Assembly: GCA_963836755.1 (NCBI GenBank) | Contig: CAWIKF010000002.1 | Coordinates: 704,001 to 768,000, forward strand | Source: an uncultured Verrucomicrobiae bacterium | GTDB taxonomy: Bacteria > Verrucomicrobiota > Verrucomicrobiia > Chthoniobacterales > Chthoniobacteraceae | DNA: 64,000 nt | Direction of reading: 5' to 3' | Part shown: positions 1 through 9,878 of the stretch, piece after piece | Numbering within the stretch: position 1 is the stretch's first letter | Layout of the letters: each line of letters begins with the position of its first letter | Translations under genes and position numbers: made by a program | Notes under the pieces: generated by a model | The model's input: the letters and a program-made list of their open reading frames with translations, nothing else | Told to the model about the DNA's origin: nothing | Databases searched by the model: none

Positions 1-832
1 AGCTTTCAAGCTCCGCGTGCATCGGAATCGTGACGAGCTTGCCCGTCTTTTCCGCGCGGTAAGTGATCGCCTTGCCGGGCAAGTCGATTGCATTCCAAGT
101 CATATTTGCCACGTCGCCCAGCCGCGCGCCGCTGAAGTAGGCCAAGAGAATCGCGCCGCGCCATTCCGCGCCCGCTTCAAAAACCGGCTTGCCATGCTCG
201 CGCGCAATGGCCGCGTCCAAAAGCGCCTCGACTTGCTCCGGTGTGAACACGGCGCGTTGCGTCTCGCCGCCGTCTTCGCCTTTCGCCGTGGCGGGAAGCT
301 CGACGGCTTCCGCCGGGTTGTGCGTGATGATGCCTTGCCGACGCGCCGCGTTGAACGGGATGCGCAGTTGCTTCACGAGATAGCGCACGGTGTTTGGATG
401 TTTCCCGCTTTCAATCTGCGCGTCGCGATAGCCCGCCACGTCTTTCGAGCCAATGGCCGCGATGTTCAACCGCGCGCGCGCGCCAAGGTGAGCAACGAAG
501 CTGTCAACCGTGTGCGCGTATTTCGTGTGCGTGTTTTCAGACTTGGAAACCTCTTTCCCGCGCAACCAATCGCGAAGCCAGCCTTCCGCCGTGTAGAAAG
601 CGACTGTCTCGCCGCTCGTGCGCTCCAAAACTTCGCCGATAAGCTCGCGCGCCCGCGTTTCCGTGAGCGTCCCGCGCGCGGCCATGTTCTCCGCGCGTTG
701 CAAGGTAAGGCAGAATTCCAGCGCTTTCGCGCGGTCTGTTTCGCCCGTCGATTTTTTGAGCCGCTGTCCGCTCGCGGAAGAATAGCAGCAATACCAGAAC
801 GGGGACTTTGTGCGTTTGTTGATTGAAGGCAT
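1..832 (-). CDS. Tyrosine recombinase/phage-type integrase (partial, runs off left edge)
   Basis: Not in the ORF track; translated by hand from ATG 832: MPSINKRTKSPFWYCCY...KKSTGETD...HNPAEAVELP...WRGAILLAYFSGARLGDVANMTWNAIDL...KTGKLVTIPMH. Contains the box I Arg (GARLGD) and the catalytic Lys region (KTG). Confidence 0.9.
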   Translation of the reverse strand, partial: MPSINKRTKSPFWYCCYSSASGQRLKKSTGETDRAKALEFCLTLQRAENMAARGTLTETRARELIGEVLERTSGETVAFYTAEGWLRDWLRGKEVSKSENTHTKYAHTVDSFVAHLGARARLNIAAIGSKDVAGYRDAQIESGKHPNTVRYLVKQLRIPFNAARRQGIITHNPAEAVELPATAKGEDGGETQRAVFTPEQVEALLDAAIAREHGKPVFEAGAEWRGAILLAYFSGARLGDVANMTWNAIDLPGKAITYRAEKTGKLVTIPMHAELES

Positions 833-850
833 AAGATTGAACTCCTTTGG

Positions 851-872
851 TAGTGAGAACAATAGTGAGAAC
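851..872. repeat. Direct repeat TAGTGAGAAC x2, candidate integrase arm-type sites
   Basis: Exact 10-mers at 851-860 and 863-872, between the integrase start and the att core. Confidence 0.5.
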
Positions 873-958
873 GTCCGCCCGTGTCAATAGCATCTTTGAA
901 TGTCACGGAATCCTGTATTTATGCGGCTTCGCGAGTCATGTTGATTTGAGGAATGGAC

Positions 959-988
959 ACGAGGGTTCGATTCCCTTCACCCGCTCCA
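959..988 (+). mobile_element. tRNA-Gly 3' fragment (T-arm, acceptor strand, CCA) = att junction of an integrative element
   Basis: ACGAGGGTTCGATTCCCTTCACCCGCTCCA resembles tRNA-Gly 3' ends. No 5' half upstream; adjacent to the integrase. Confidence 0.8.
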
Positions 989-1069
989 ATCCACTGATTT
1001 GCCCGGTGCTTTGTAATCAGCAGGTCATCCAAGTCAGAGCGTCACGACTTTCCCGCGCGAGCCGTCGCA

Positions 1070-4000
1070 CTACTTCACGAGCTCAAAAGGTTCGATGTTC
1101 CAACCGCTGACTAGAATCTTGTAGGTGTCCTGCTTCAGCAGCATCCTGTCGAATGCGAGATGGATGTCTCGCTTCTCGTGAGGAAGCAGCGAGACGTAGT
1201 TGTCATCATAGAAAATTGGCAAGACGCGCTCGCCAGGCGCTGAAGACTTGACTACCTTCACGCAAGTCATCATGGCGACATGCGCGGTGGGATTCTCGAG
1301 ATGAACATTCACATCCGTCTTCCCGTTCGCATCGGCTTCATCATAGGAACCTTTGAGGCTGACCTTTGGCATTGTGTTCAAAGCAACGTAGCTTTTTTGC
1401 ATTCCGCGCCAGTAGAAGTTTTCTGAGACAACTTTGGTCCCATTCATTAGCTTCAGCTTTACAAAATGAACGTCGGACAGGTCCTCCGGGAACTTTAGCT
1501 CGAAGCAATCGCTGGCCTTGCCCGACGCATCGATGTCGACTGATGCTTCCTGATGTGACTTTTGCACGCCGTCCAGGTTGTAGAGCCATGCCTCTGCATG
1601 CAATTGGGTAAAAGTCTTTCGTGAGTTATTTGCTACTTTGACTTTGTTGTCGAAGCAATCCCACAGAATGTGAAGTGGCTCATTGGCCAGCCGCGCGCCA
1701 AAATATGCGCCAGTCGGATTCAGATAGTAGTCATAGAATTGGCAAATCAACGAAGGCCATGCCGGGTGCGACATCCATGCCAAGCCGCCGCTGCCGGAGT
1801 TCGCCCGCCATGCTTCAAACATAGCCTTCGCATTCTCCCAATTTTGCAGTTGTGCCTTTTCGCAGAACTCATCGAGACCTTGCGATGGGCCGTATAGGTC
1901 GTTGATCCGCTTTGTATAAATACGATCGCGAGGCTGGGCGAAATCATGCAAGCCCCACATGTCGCTGATCGGCCACAGGTCCTTTGCCGGCATCATCAGT
2001 CTCATGGTATCCGAAGTAGGCACACAGACCAACCCTAGCTCGCTGTGCAGAGTGACTCCGCGATGCTGAAAATAGAAATCGTCATCCTTTGGCTCATAAG
2101 GACCATGTCCACTGACCAAGCCACCCGCGGAATTGGGTATATAGTAGCGTGTCCCGTCGAGCGACGCGGTCTCGGCCGCCATGCCGTGGTCCAGTTCCTT
2201 CGGCGGACCTCCTTCATTCCGTCCGCAATAGAGAGCGAGCGAAGGATGATTGCGAATGCGAGCGATGCGGTCGCGGACGTTCGCCATGAACATTTGGTTA
2301 TCGTCTGGATTCGGTCCATCCGCTGGATTCGCGAGCCAAAAGTCGTTCCAGACCAGGATGCCATACTTATCGCAGGCATCGAAGAACTCCTCTTTGCCAA
2401 CTTGACCTACCCAGTTGCGGATCATGACCATGTTCATTTCCTTGTGTAGGTGAATCGCAGTATCATAATCCTTTGCCTCGTAGCGTAACATGGTTTCATC
2501 CATCCCCCAGTTACCTCCGTTTAACTGGAGATGCTGCCCATTGCAGGATAGCTTCAGAATCCCATCGGAAGTATCATAGGCAAGTTCACGAATACCAAAA
2601 GTGACTACTCTGGTAGAACCCCCGCCTTTTCCAGTAGCTACGTCTAATCTCAGAACTTGCAGAGGCTGGTCGCCGTAACCGTTCGGCCACCATAGCTGAG
2701 GGTCTGCGACTGTTAGCTGAGGAAAAGTGTCTTTGTCCAGCTTGACGAGTTTCGTTTCGCGGCCTTGCAACGGCACCTTTTGGCTGAAGGATACTTTGTC
2801 GAAACTTCCAGTGAGGACTGCATCAACAGGAGTATCTTCCAGATTTTTTAGAGTTACCTCGACTGTTACCGATGCATGGTGCAAATCTTTCGCGACAGTC
2901 GTATGCACAAACGGGTCAACCAAGGCGACCGGTCCAGTCCTTTCCAAGTAAACATGATCCCAGATGCCGATGTCGCGTCCACGAACCGACGGCATCCAAT
3001 TCCAGCCAAGGCTCGCCACAAACGTCGGGCTATCCTTGCCGAGGATTCCTCCGTTATGCGACATGAAGGAGAGACTCTTTTCGTTGGTCGGCCCGGGGTG
3101 TTCACATTTGTGAATCAAAACAGCGAGGACGTTCGTCTTTCCCTGCAACAGCTTGCTGGTGACGTCAAATGCTCCGCGCTGAAATGCCCCGTCGATATGT
3201 CCGACCTTGTCTCCATTGAGGTAGATGTCTGCTTTCCAGTTGATTCCTTCAAAGTTCAAAGAGTAATGCCGGTCCGGTGAAAGCGGTGGCGGCAGAAACT
3301 CCTTGCGATACCAGAAATCATTCTGGAAGAAGGATTCCGAGATGAGGTGTTGCTGGTCGCCAAAGTTTGGATTCGGAAGTGCCCCTGCCAGCAGGTAGCT
3401 GGTGAGAGCTGTTGCAGGCACCTTTGCTGTAAGCCAGAAATCCACGGGATAGGAAGGCTTTGAGATCGCCTCTCCCGCGTCGTGAAGGAAAAGTGTGTTC
3501 TGCAATTTCCAATCAACGCCATCCAGTGAGATCTTCCCTTCCGCGTCTGGAGGTGCTAGGTCCACCACCTTTGCCGCGGGAGATGGCGGTGCCTCTCCTT
3601 CGACTATCAACTCATCGAGCTGGCAGCCTTTGGAAGCGCTCGCCTTGTCAGTAATCATCCGCACATAACGGGCTGTGACTGCTGAAAAGTTCTTGCTGCT
3701 TGTGCTGGAGCTGGAACAGGCGAGATGGACTACGTCATTCCATTTCGAAGGTGTGCCGGATTCATCGGAGACTTGGATGGAGCAACCGGCTGGAGCCAGG
3801 GCTCGCCACTTTAGTTTGATCCCGTCAATTTTTCGAAGTTCGCCTAGGTCGACGTAGATCCACGATTGTTCCTCCGGCTTGCTTTGCCAATAGGTCTCGT
3901 CGCTTCCATCCGTTGCCAATTGCGCGACGTTATCAGTATTGATCGCGCTGGAATGATAGGCTGCTCGATTCCGGGCCAAATCATAGCTTGCGTCCTGTGC

Positions 4001-4072
4001 CGCTCTCGTGATCGAGAATGAACCTACTATCAAAGTAAGGATGCTTGTTAGAAGGAGGGTATTCATTTTCAT
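1070..4072 (-). CDS. Secreted GH2 glycoside hydrolase (beta-mannosidase/exo-glucosaminidase-like) with F5/8 discoidin domain
   Basis: Signal peptide MKMNTLLL; discoidin motif (ATDGSDETYWQS, WIYVDLG); LWWPNGYGDQPL; RIRNHPSLALYCGRNE. Start trimmed from 4252. Confidence 0.85.
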   Translation of the reverse strand: MKMNTLLLTSILTLIVGSFSITRAAQDASYDLARNRAAYHSSAINTDNVAQLATDGSDETYWQSKPEEQSWIYVDLGELRKIDGIKLKWRALAPAGCSIQVSDESGTPSKWNDVVHLACSSSSTSSKNFSAVTARYVRMITDKASASKGCQLDELIVEGEAPPSPAAKVVDLAPPDAEGKISLDGVDWKLQNTLFLHDAGEAISKPSYPVDFWLTAKVPATALTSYLLAGALPNPNFGDQQHLISESFFQNDFWYRKEFLPPPLSPDRHYSLNFEGINWKADIYLNGDKVGHIDGAFQRGAFDVTSKLLQGKTNVLAVLIHKCEHPGPTNEKSLSFMSHNGGILGKDSPTFVASLGWNWMPSVRGRDIGIWDHVYLERTGPVALVDPFVHTTVAKDLHHASVTVEVTLKNLEDTPVDAVLTGSFDKVSFSQKVPLQGRETKLVKLDKDTFPQLTVADPQLWWPNGYGDQPLQVLRLDVATGKGGGSTRVVTFGIRELAYDTSDGILKLSCNGQHLQLNGGNWGMDETMLRYEAKDYDTAIHLHKEMNMVMIRNWVGQVGKEEFFDACDKYGILVWNDFWLANPADGPNPDDNQMFMANVRDRIARIRNHPSLALYCGRNEGGPPKELDHGMAAETASLDGTRYYIPNSAGGLVSGHGPYEPKDDDFYFQHRGVTLHSELGLVCVPTSDTMRLMMPAKDLWPISDMWGLHDFAQPRDRIYTKRINDLYGPSQGLDEFCEKAQLQNWENAKAMFEAWRANSGSGGLAWMSHPAWPSLICQFYDYYLNPTGAYFGARLANEPLHILWDCFDNKVKVANNSRKTFTQLHAEAWLYNLDGVQKSHQEASVDIDASGKASDCFELKFPEDLSDVHFVKLKLMNGTKVVSENFYWRGMQKSYVALNTMPKVSLKGSYDEADANGKTDVNVHLENPTAHVAMMTCVKVVKSSAPGERVLPIFYDDNYVSLLPHEKRDIHLAFDRMLLKQDTYKILVSGWNIEPFELVK

Positions 4073-4226
4073 GGTGCAGATACTTGAGGAAACTATCGGG
4101 AGACACAGTGGAACAAGCTCAATAGCAATCTGCCATGGGAAAAGCCATCGATTTCCACCTCCATGGTGAATATGGAGATGAACATTGACTGCAACTTTTT
4201 CCCGATTCCTCAGTTTCAATTCCATC

Positions 4227-4559
4227 ATGAAATACTTTTCCCTCTTTGCCACTCTCGGTCTCCTTTGCGCAGTATCCTTGGGAGCAGATGCTCCGGTGGT
4301 CGATCACAGAGCTGACGAGCTGGGGAAAAAGATTAAGGAAGACGTCTCTTCTGGAAAGGTGAGCAAGATCGATGGAGATCAACTTCAGCACGAACTCGAC
4401 CGGATCGAACGCGTCGAGGAGCAGGCAAGTCGCGGCGGAAAAATCACCAACAGAACGCGTGCGGACCTGAAGCGCGATTTGGATAAGCTCGAAAACGACA
4501 TTGCCCGCAAGGAAAAGAAAACTGCGGCAATGGGCTCGCCGAGCCCGTCCAAGCCTTGA
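4227..4559 (+). CDS. Small secreted helical hypothetical protein
   Basis: Signal peptide MKYFSLFATLGLLCAVSLGA followed by charged helical sequence. Confidence 0.7.
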   Translation: MKYFSLFATLGLLCAVSLGADAPVVDHRADELGKKIKEDVSSGKVSKIDGDQLQHELDRIERVEEQASRGGKITNRTRADLKRDLDKLENDIARKEKKTAAMGSPSPSKP

Positions 4560-4619
4560 GTCGGCCGGGCGGATTAAAGAATTAGCCAGCTAGCGTGGGT
4601 GGCGGGAGGGAATGGGGGC

Positions 4620-4750
4620 GAAAATCCCCGCGCTCGCTCCAAAATCCAGCGCGGACAGGGAAAGTTCGCGCGCGGACGCAGAAAATTCCGGCGCGGATAC
4701 GGAAAATCCCAGTATTTTCACGTGCAGTTCCAACCCTTTACTCTGTAGAG
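4620..4750 (+). repeat. Array A: about 5 degenerate 20-21 nt units (AAAATCC..GCGCGGA) plus terminal motif TTTACTCTGTAGAG
   Basis: A-tract unit starts at 4621, 4641, 4661, 4682, 4703; motif at 4737-4750. Confidence 0.75.
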
Positions 4751-5160
4751 CCACCGTGAAGGAGGTTTTTGCTTCCCCTTTGGACGACACCGACCGGTGC
4801 CGGAAACGGCTTGAAGTCCTAGAACGCACGCTCGCTTTTGATGGGTTTTGAAACCAATCGTTCACGAAAATCTCCATCCCGTCGCAGGTGTGTAATAATC
4901 TTTATTAGCTGATCGGGAAGAGTTTTTCTGCCAGCAATCACGGGGCAATATTACAACGTTTACGACGGTGAGATGGAGGTAAGCACGCCTTCAACTCTGC
5001 TCCGGCACCCTCTGTTAGTGCTCGGCAAAATGGCACAACTGAAGACCGTAAATGACACGCAAAAAAAGATGAAATCACCATAGCGACGACTACTCTTCAT
5101 ACAGCCTAACGGCCGTCTTCGACTGAACCCCCAGACCGTTCCACCAGTCTCCTCCCTAAA

Positions 5161-8100
5161 ATGAAATACAAGCAATCATTCGCTCTCAAGCTCCGTAGCC
5201 ACATCGCCGCGATTCTCGGCAGCGCCGCCGTGATCAGCATGTCCAGCCACTCCGCGCACGCGGCGACGAAAACATGGAACAACGCGGCAGGTGGCGATTT
5301 TAACGACCCTGCGAATTGGACCGGTGGCATCCCGGTGACGGCAGACACTGGGCTATTTAACATAATCCAGTCCGGGAACGTCACCCTTTCGGCGAACGCA
5401 AACCCGGGTTCCATCAATTTCGATACGAACGCGGACAACTCGACCACTCACAACCTAACGATTGGTGTGAACGGCGGTAATACGATCACGTTTGGCAACG
5501 GCGGGAATCTTTCTGTGCTGGCCACGCTTACCGGCACCGGCAAGACTTTCACCATCGCTGCTCCGGTGATCCTGACTCCGGCATCGGCCACGACGGCGGG
5601 TGCCTTTACCATCCAGAATAACGCCACCGATCCCACCAACACACTGGTCGTGAGCGGCGGTATTTCAAGTGGGACAACGAACAATACCGAGACCTTGACG
5701 CTCGCGGGCACCAACACCGGGACGAACACGATCAGCGGCGCAATCGTCAATGGCGGCGCCACCACATTTGCTTTGACGAAGAGTGGTGCGGGCACCTGGA
5801 TTCTGACCGGCGCAAACACCTATAATGGCGCGACCACGGTTAGTGCGGGTGTTCTGCAATTGAGCGGCGCGAACGGCGCCTTGGCTTCCGTAGCAGCGTC
5901 GGCGTTGAACGGCGGCTCTTTGATCCTGGATAACACCGGTGCCGGCAACAACAACAACAACCGTATCGCCGACACACAGGCACTCGCGCTCAACGGCGGC
6001 AGCTTCGTTTACAAAGGCTCTGATCAAGCGGCCACTAACTCCACGGAAACCATTCAAAACCTCAGCGGCACTGGCAATTCCACCATCACGATCTCCTTCG
6101 GCGGCACGAACGGGGCTACTCTCACGGCGGGAACCTTTACGCACGCAGCGGGCAATGCGACCGATTTGGTCAACGGCGTAAACCTTGGCGCGAACTCGAC
6201 GGATGCCGCGAGCTTCGCCCGTTTCATCAGCACCGCTCCGACGCTGACCGGCACAACGAACGCCCTCACGACGGGCATCAATGCCGCTGCTAAGAACACC
6301 AAAATCGTTCCGTTCCTGGTTGGCGAAGCGACTTCGACCACTGGCGGCTTGGGCACGGCGACCGGCACGGCGAACACTTTCCTTACCTACATTGCCGGCA
6401 GCGGCTATCGCCCGTTGAACCCGACCGACGAGTTCACCAACAATGCCATCACGGCAGCCAGCAACACTTACGTCACCACGGGCGCGACCAACACCGCCAA
6501 TACCGCCATCAATTCGCTCGTCATCAATGGCGGAGACGTGACGATCAATGATGGCACGACGCTCACCAATACCAGCGGCGCATTGCTCTTTGCTTCGTCC
6601 AACGCCATCAAACCCAGCGTCACGACCGGCATCTACACAGCCTCTGCTGAACACCAAGTCACGGTCAACTCCGGCATCACGGGCACGATCAGCGCGGTCA
6701 TCAACGGCGCCCAAGCCCTCACGAAATCCGGTGCAGGCACTTTGGTGTTGAGCGGCGCCAATACCTTCACCGGCGCGACGACGCTGACTGCGGGCACACT
6801 GAACCTTTCGAATCAGCTCGCGCTACAAAGCAGCACTTTAACCCAAACCGCGGGAACTTCCCTGGTGTTCGATGCGGCAGGCGGCACTGCCTTCAGCCTC
6901 GGCGGTCTGAACGGCGGCGTGAATATATTGCTGCAGAACACGGCGGCAGCGGCAGTCGCGCTGACGGTTGGCGGGAACAATAGCGGCGGCACCTATTCAG
7001 GTATTTTGAGCGGCACGGGCTCGCTGACCAAGATTGGCACTGGCAACCTCGTCATCAATAACGCCAACACCTACACCGGCGCGACGGTCGTCAATGGTGG
7101 CAAACTCACCTTGGGCAATGGCGCGACGATCAAGAACAGCTCCTCCGTCACGGTGACCGCACCGGGCTTGCTCGGCATTGGCACGGGCACTGAAAGCAAC
7201 CAGCTTGCTGCGGGAGTGGTGATCACAGGCACCGGTGGCGTGAGCGACGAGATCAACAACGCGAACACCACCATCACTTTGGATCGTCAAAACACTTATA
7301 CCGGGCAGACGACATGGGGATCCCGAGGCATCATCACTGCGGGTGTGTCCTCTACCTTTGACGGCAACGGCAACGCGATCAGCGGCCCCGTCGGCGTCAA
7401 TTCGCAGATCAATTTTAACGGCCAACAGGGCGAGTTGAATGTGAACGGGAAAACCGTCGAGGTGGGATCGCTGACCGGTTCGGTAGGCGGCGGCGGCGGT
7501 GTGATGCTGAGGGGTGGCACGATCATATTCGGCGGAGACGGGCTCACCGCCAGCACCTCGGCGCCGATCGGTAATAACTATCTACCCGGCACCGATTCCA
7601 ACGGCACTGGCGTGGGCGGTCAAGCTCCGGGCGGCAATGTCGTCAAGATCGGCGGCGGCACCCAGACGTTCTCTTCGACGACCAACCTCAACAGCTATGA
7701 GGGCACCACCACCATCAAAGGCGGTGTGATTAGCACCCCTGTGCTCGGAACGAGCGGCTTCGTGGCCCCGGCAACCAGCACGTTTGTCAGCGGCACTAAC
7801 ACTGTGACGGTCTCGAGCACTGCTGGTTTGGTCGTTGGGATGAATATCTTTGAAGTTAGGGCCACCGGTGCCAACACGACGATCACGGCGATCGATGCTG
7901 TGAACAACAAGATCACATTGTCCGGCAATGTTGGCTTCAGTGGAACCCAAAACATCGTGCCATACGGTTTTGGCAGCGGCATCGGCATTTCCGGCCCCGC
8001 GGCATCCAACCTCGTCCTCGACGGCGGCACGCTGCAATACACCGGCGGAGTCACCACCACCGACCGTCTCTTCACCGTCGGCTCGAATGAGGCGGGTGGC

Positions 8101-9279
8101 GTGACGGGAACACTCGATGCCTCCGGCGGGGGAGCGTTGACCTTCTCAAACACCGGCTCGATCGCCTACGGGACGGTCGATCAGGCTCGCACGCTCGGCT
8201 TGACCGGCAGCAGCGCAGCCGCAAATACCTTGGCTCCTCTCATCGCCGACAACGGCGCTGGCGCAGTGAGCGTCCTTAAAACTGGTGGGGGCACGTGGAT
8301 TCTGGCCAATACCAACACCTACACCGGCGGCACCATCGTGAGCGCGGGCACTTTGCAGAACGGCGTGAACAATGCCCTCGGCACCGGCCCGCTCACCGTC
8401 GGCAACAACGCCACCTATGACATCGCTGGCTTCAATCAAACCGTGGCCGGTCTTTCCGACGGCGGCTTCAACACCGGCTTCGTGATTGATAGCGGCGCGG
8501 CGGGAACTTTAACCGTCAGCAACCCCACCGCGAGCAGCTTCAGCGGAACTTTGACAGGCAACTTTGCCCTCATCAAGACTAACACCGGCGCCCAAACCCT
8601 CACCAGCACGAACTCCTACACCGGCCCGACCACTATCAGCGCCGGCGCGCTCTACGTGGACGGCTCCATCGGCAGCACCTCCGCCACCAGCGTCAGCGGC
8701 GGCACCGCACTCCTTGGCGGCAACAGCAGCGTCGCCAACGGGGTCGGCCCGGTCAGCGTCACCAACGGCGGCACCATCCGCCCCGGTTTCGATGGCACCG
8801 CGCACTTTGCCACCGTCACCAACGCCACCACCTTCACGCCGAACCTCAGCGCCAATTCGCTGACTCTCGACAGCACCTCCAAATACATCCTCGACCTGGG
8901 CGCAGGCTCCACTGGCGTGAATAACGGCACCGGCAGCCCGATCGGTCAAAGCGCACTACTGAAGGTTAATGGCAACCTCAGCCTTGGCGGCGCCACCCTC
9001 ACAGTGAACGACACCGGCGTCCCCACCACCTCCGGCGAAGTCTTCAAGTTCATCCAATACACGGGCACTTGGGACGGCACCACCTTTGCCGGCCTCGCAG
9101 ACGGGGCCTCCTACCTCAGCGCCAACGGCATTCAATACACCATCAACTACGCGGTCGGCGACCCGTTCGTCGAGCTGACCGTCGTCCCCGAGGGCAGCAC
9201 ATGGGCGATGATGCTCGGCGGCTTCGGCACCCTGGTTGTCTTCCAGCGCGCCCGCCGCCGGAAATCGCCCATCGCGTAA
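5161..9279 (+). CDS. Autotransporter-associated beta-strand repeat protein with PEP-CTERM-type sorting signal
   Basis: Repeated LTKSGAGTxxLxGANTYxGxTxVxxGxL motifs; C-terminus VPEGSTWAMMLGGFGTLVVFQRARRRK; signal peptide ending AHA. Confidence 0.92.
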   Translation: MKYKQSFALKLRSHIAAILGSAAVISMSSHSAHAATKTWNNAAGGDFNDPANWTGGIPVTADTGLFNIIQSGNVTLSANANPGSINFDTNADNSTTHNLTIGVNGGNTITFGNGGNLSVLATLTGTGKTFTIAAPVILTPASATTAGAFTIQNNATDPTNTLVVSGGISSGTTNNTETLTLAGTNTGTNTISGAIVNGGATTFALTKSGAGTWILTGANTYNGATTVSAGVLQLSGANGALASVAASALNGGSLILDNTGAGNNNNNRIADTQALALNGGSFVYKGSDQAATNSTETIQNLSGTGNSTITISFGGTNGATLTAGTFTHAAGNATDLVNGVNLGANSTDAASFARFISTAPTLTGTTNALTTGINAAAKNTKIVPFLVGEATSTTGGLGTATGTANTFLTYIAGSGYRPLNPTDEFTNNAITAASNTYVTTGATNTANTAINSLVINGGDVTINDGTTLTNTSGALLFASSNAIKPSVTTGIYTASAEHQVTVNSGITGTISAVINGAQALTKSGAGTLVLSGANTFTGATTLTAGTLNLSNQLALQSSTLTQTAGTSLVFDAAGGTAFSLGGLNGGVNILLQNTAAAAVALTVGGNNSGGTYSGILSGTGSLTKIGTGNLVINNANTYTGATVVNGGKLTLGNGATIKNSSSVTVTAPGLLGIGTGTESNQLAAGVVITGTGGVSDEINNANTTITLDRQNTYTGQTTWGSRGIITAGVSSTFDGNGNAISGPVGVNSQINFNGQQGELNVNGKTVEVGSLTGSVGGGGGVMLRGGTIIFGGDGLTASTSAPIGNNYLPGTDSNGTGVGGQAPGGNVVKIGGGTQTFSSTTNLNSYEGTTTIKGGVISTPVLGTSGFVAPATSTFVSGTNTVTVSSTAGLVVGMNIFEVRATGANTTITAIDAVNNKITLSGNVGFSGTQNIVPYGFGSGIGISGPAASNLVLDGGTLQYTGGVTTTDRLFTVGSNEAGGVTGTLDASGGGALTFSNTGSIAYGTVDQARTLGLTGSSAAANTLAPLIADNGAGAVSVLKTGGGTWILANTNTYTGGTIVSAGTLQNGVNNALGTGPLTVGNNATYDIAGFNQTVAGLSDGGFNTGFVIDSGAAGTLTVSNPTASSFSGTLTGNFALIKTNTGAQTLTSTNSYTGPTTISAGALYVDGSIGSTSATSVSGGTALLGGNSSVANGVGPVSVTNGGTIRPGFDGTAHFATVTNATTFTPNLSANSLTLDSTSKYILDLGAGSTGVNNGTGSPIGQSALLKVNGNLSLGGATLTVNDTGVPTTSGEVFKFIQYTGTWDGTTFAGLADGASYLSANGIQYTINYAVGDPFVELTVVPEGSTWAMMLGGFGTLVVFQRARRRKSPIA

Positions 9280-9303
9280 AAGAGGCGACCGCTTCCCGAA
9301 ACA

Positions 9304-9344
9304 GCGCCTCCCTGCCGCCCGGCACGGAGGCGCCGTTTGCTTTT
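9304..9344 (+). terminator. Probable intrinsic terminator
   Basis: GCGCCTCC...GGAGGCGC stem followed by a T-rich tail after the PEP-CTERM gene. Confidence 0.6.
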
Positions 9345-9514
9345 GCGCCTCTCAAAGCCGAACGCGTAACACCGCCAGCCGTGCCGTTGCTGCGGGTCAG
9401 TCACCGAATGCCCGCCGGTGAGAGCGCACGCGCCTTGATGAGCACAGAGGGTTATGCAGTCTTCACTGGAGAGGAAACAGTGGGTTCCTTTGCCCTTCGC
9501 GTGGACACCTAAAG

Positions 9515-9771
9515 GGAAAAGGTGGCCACTGGAACGGAAAAGGTGGCCACTGGAACGGAAAAGGTGGCCACTGGAACGGAAATGGTGGCCACCGGAATGG
9601 AAATGGTGGCCACCGGAATGGAAATGGTGGCCACTAAAATGAAAAGGTGGCCACTAAAATGAAAAGGTGGCCACTAAAATGAAAAGGTGGCCACTAAAAT
9701 GAAAAGGTGGCCACTGGAATGAGAAAAGTGGCCACTTTTCAGGAGCAGTTCTGGCCGTTTACTCTGTTGAG
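9515..9771 (+). repeat. Array B: 11 units of 20-21 nt around palindrome GTGGCCAC plus terminal motif TTTACTCTGTTGAG
   Basis: Cores at 9521, 9542, 9563, 9584, 9605, 9626, 9646, 9666, 9686, 9706, 9727; motif at 9758-9771. Confidence 0.95.
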
Positions 9772-9878
9772 CCGCTCCAAAGGAGGTGTTCGGCCCTTTC
9801 GACGACACGACCGCCGCCCGCGGAGACGGCCGGCCGCCGGAAGTCGATGCTCTCCTAGAATTCAATACAATCGCGGCT

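Noticed and set aside
17..826. 269-aa + strand ORF
   Set aside because: Antisense shadow of the minus-strand integrase.
959..988. Functional tRNA-Gly
   Set aside because: Only the 3' 30 nt are present; no D arm or anticodon arm.
5030..5047. sigma54 promoter for the PEP-CTERM gene (TGGCACAACTGAAGA)
   Set aside because: The -12 position reads GA rather than GC.
9454..9642. ORF with RWPLERK heptad repeats
   Set aside because: Translation of array B; the 20-nt units break the frame.
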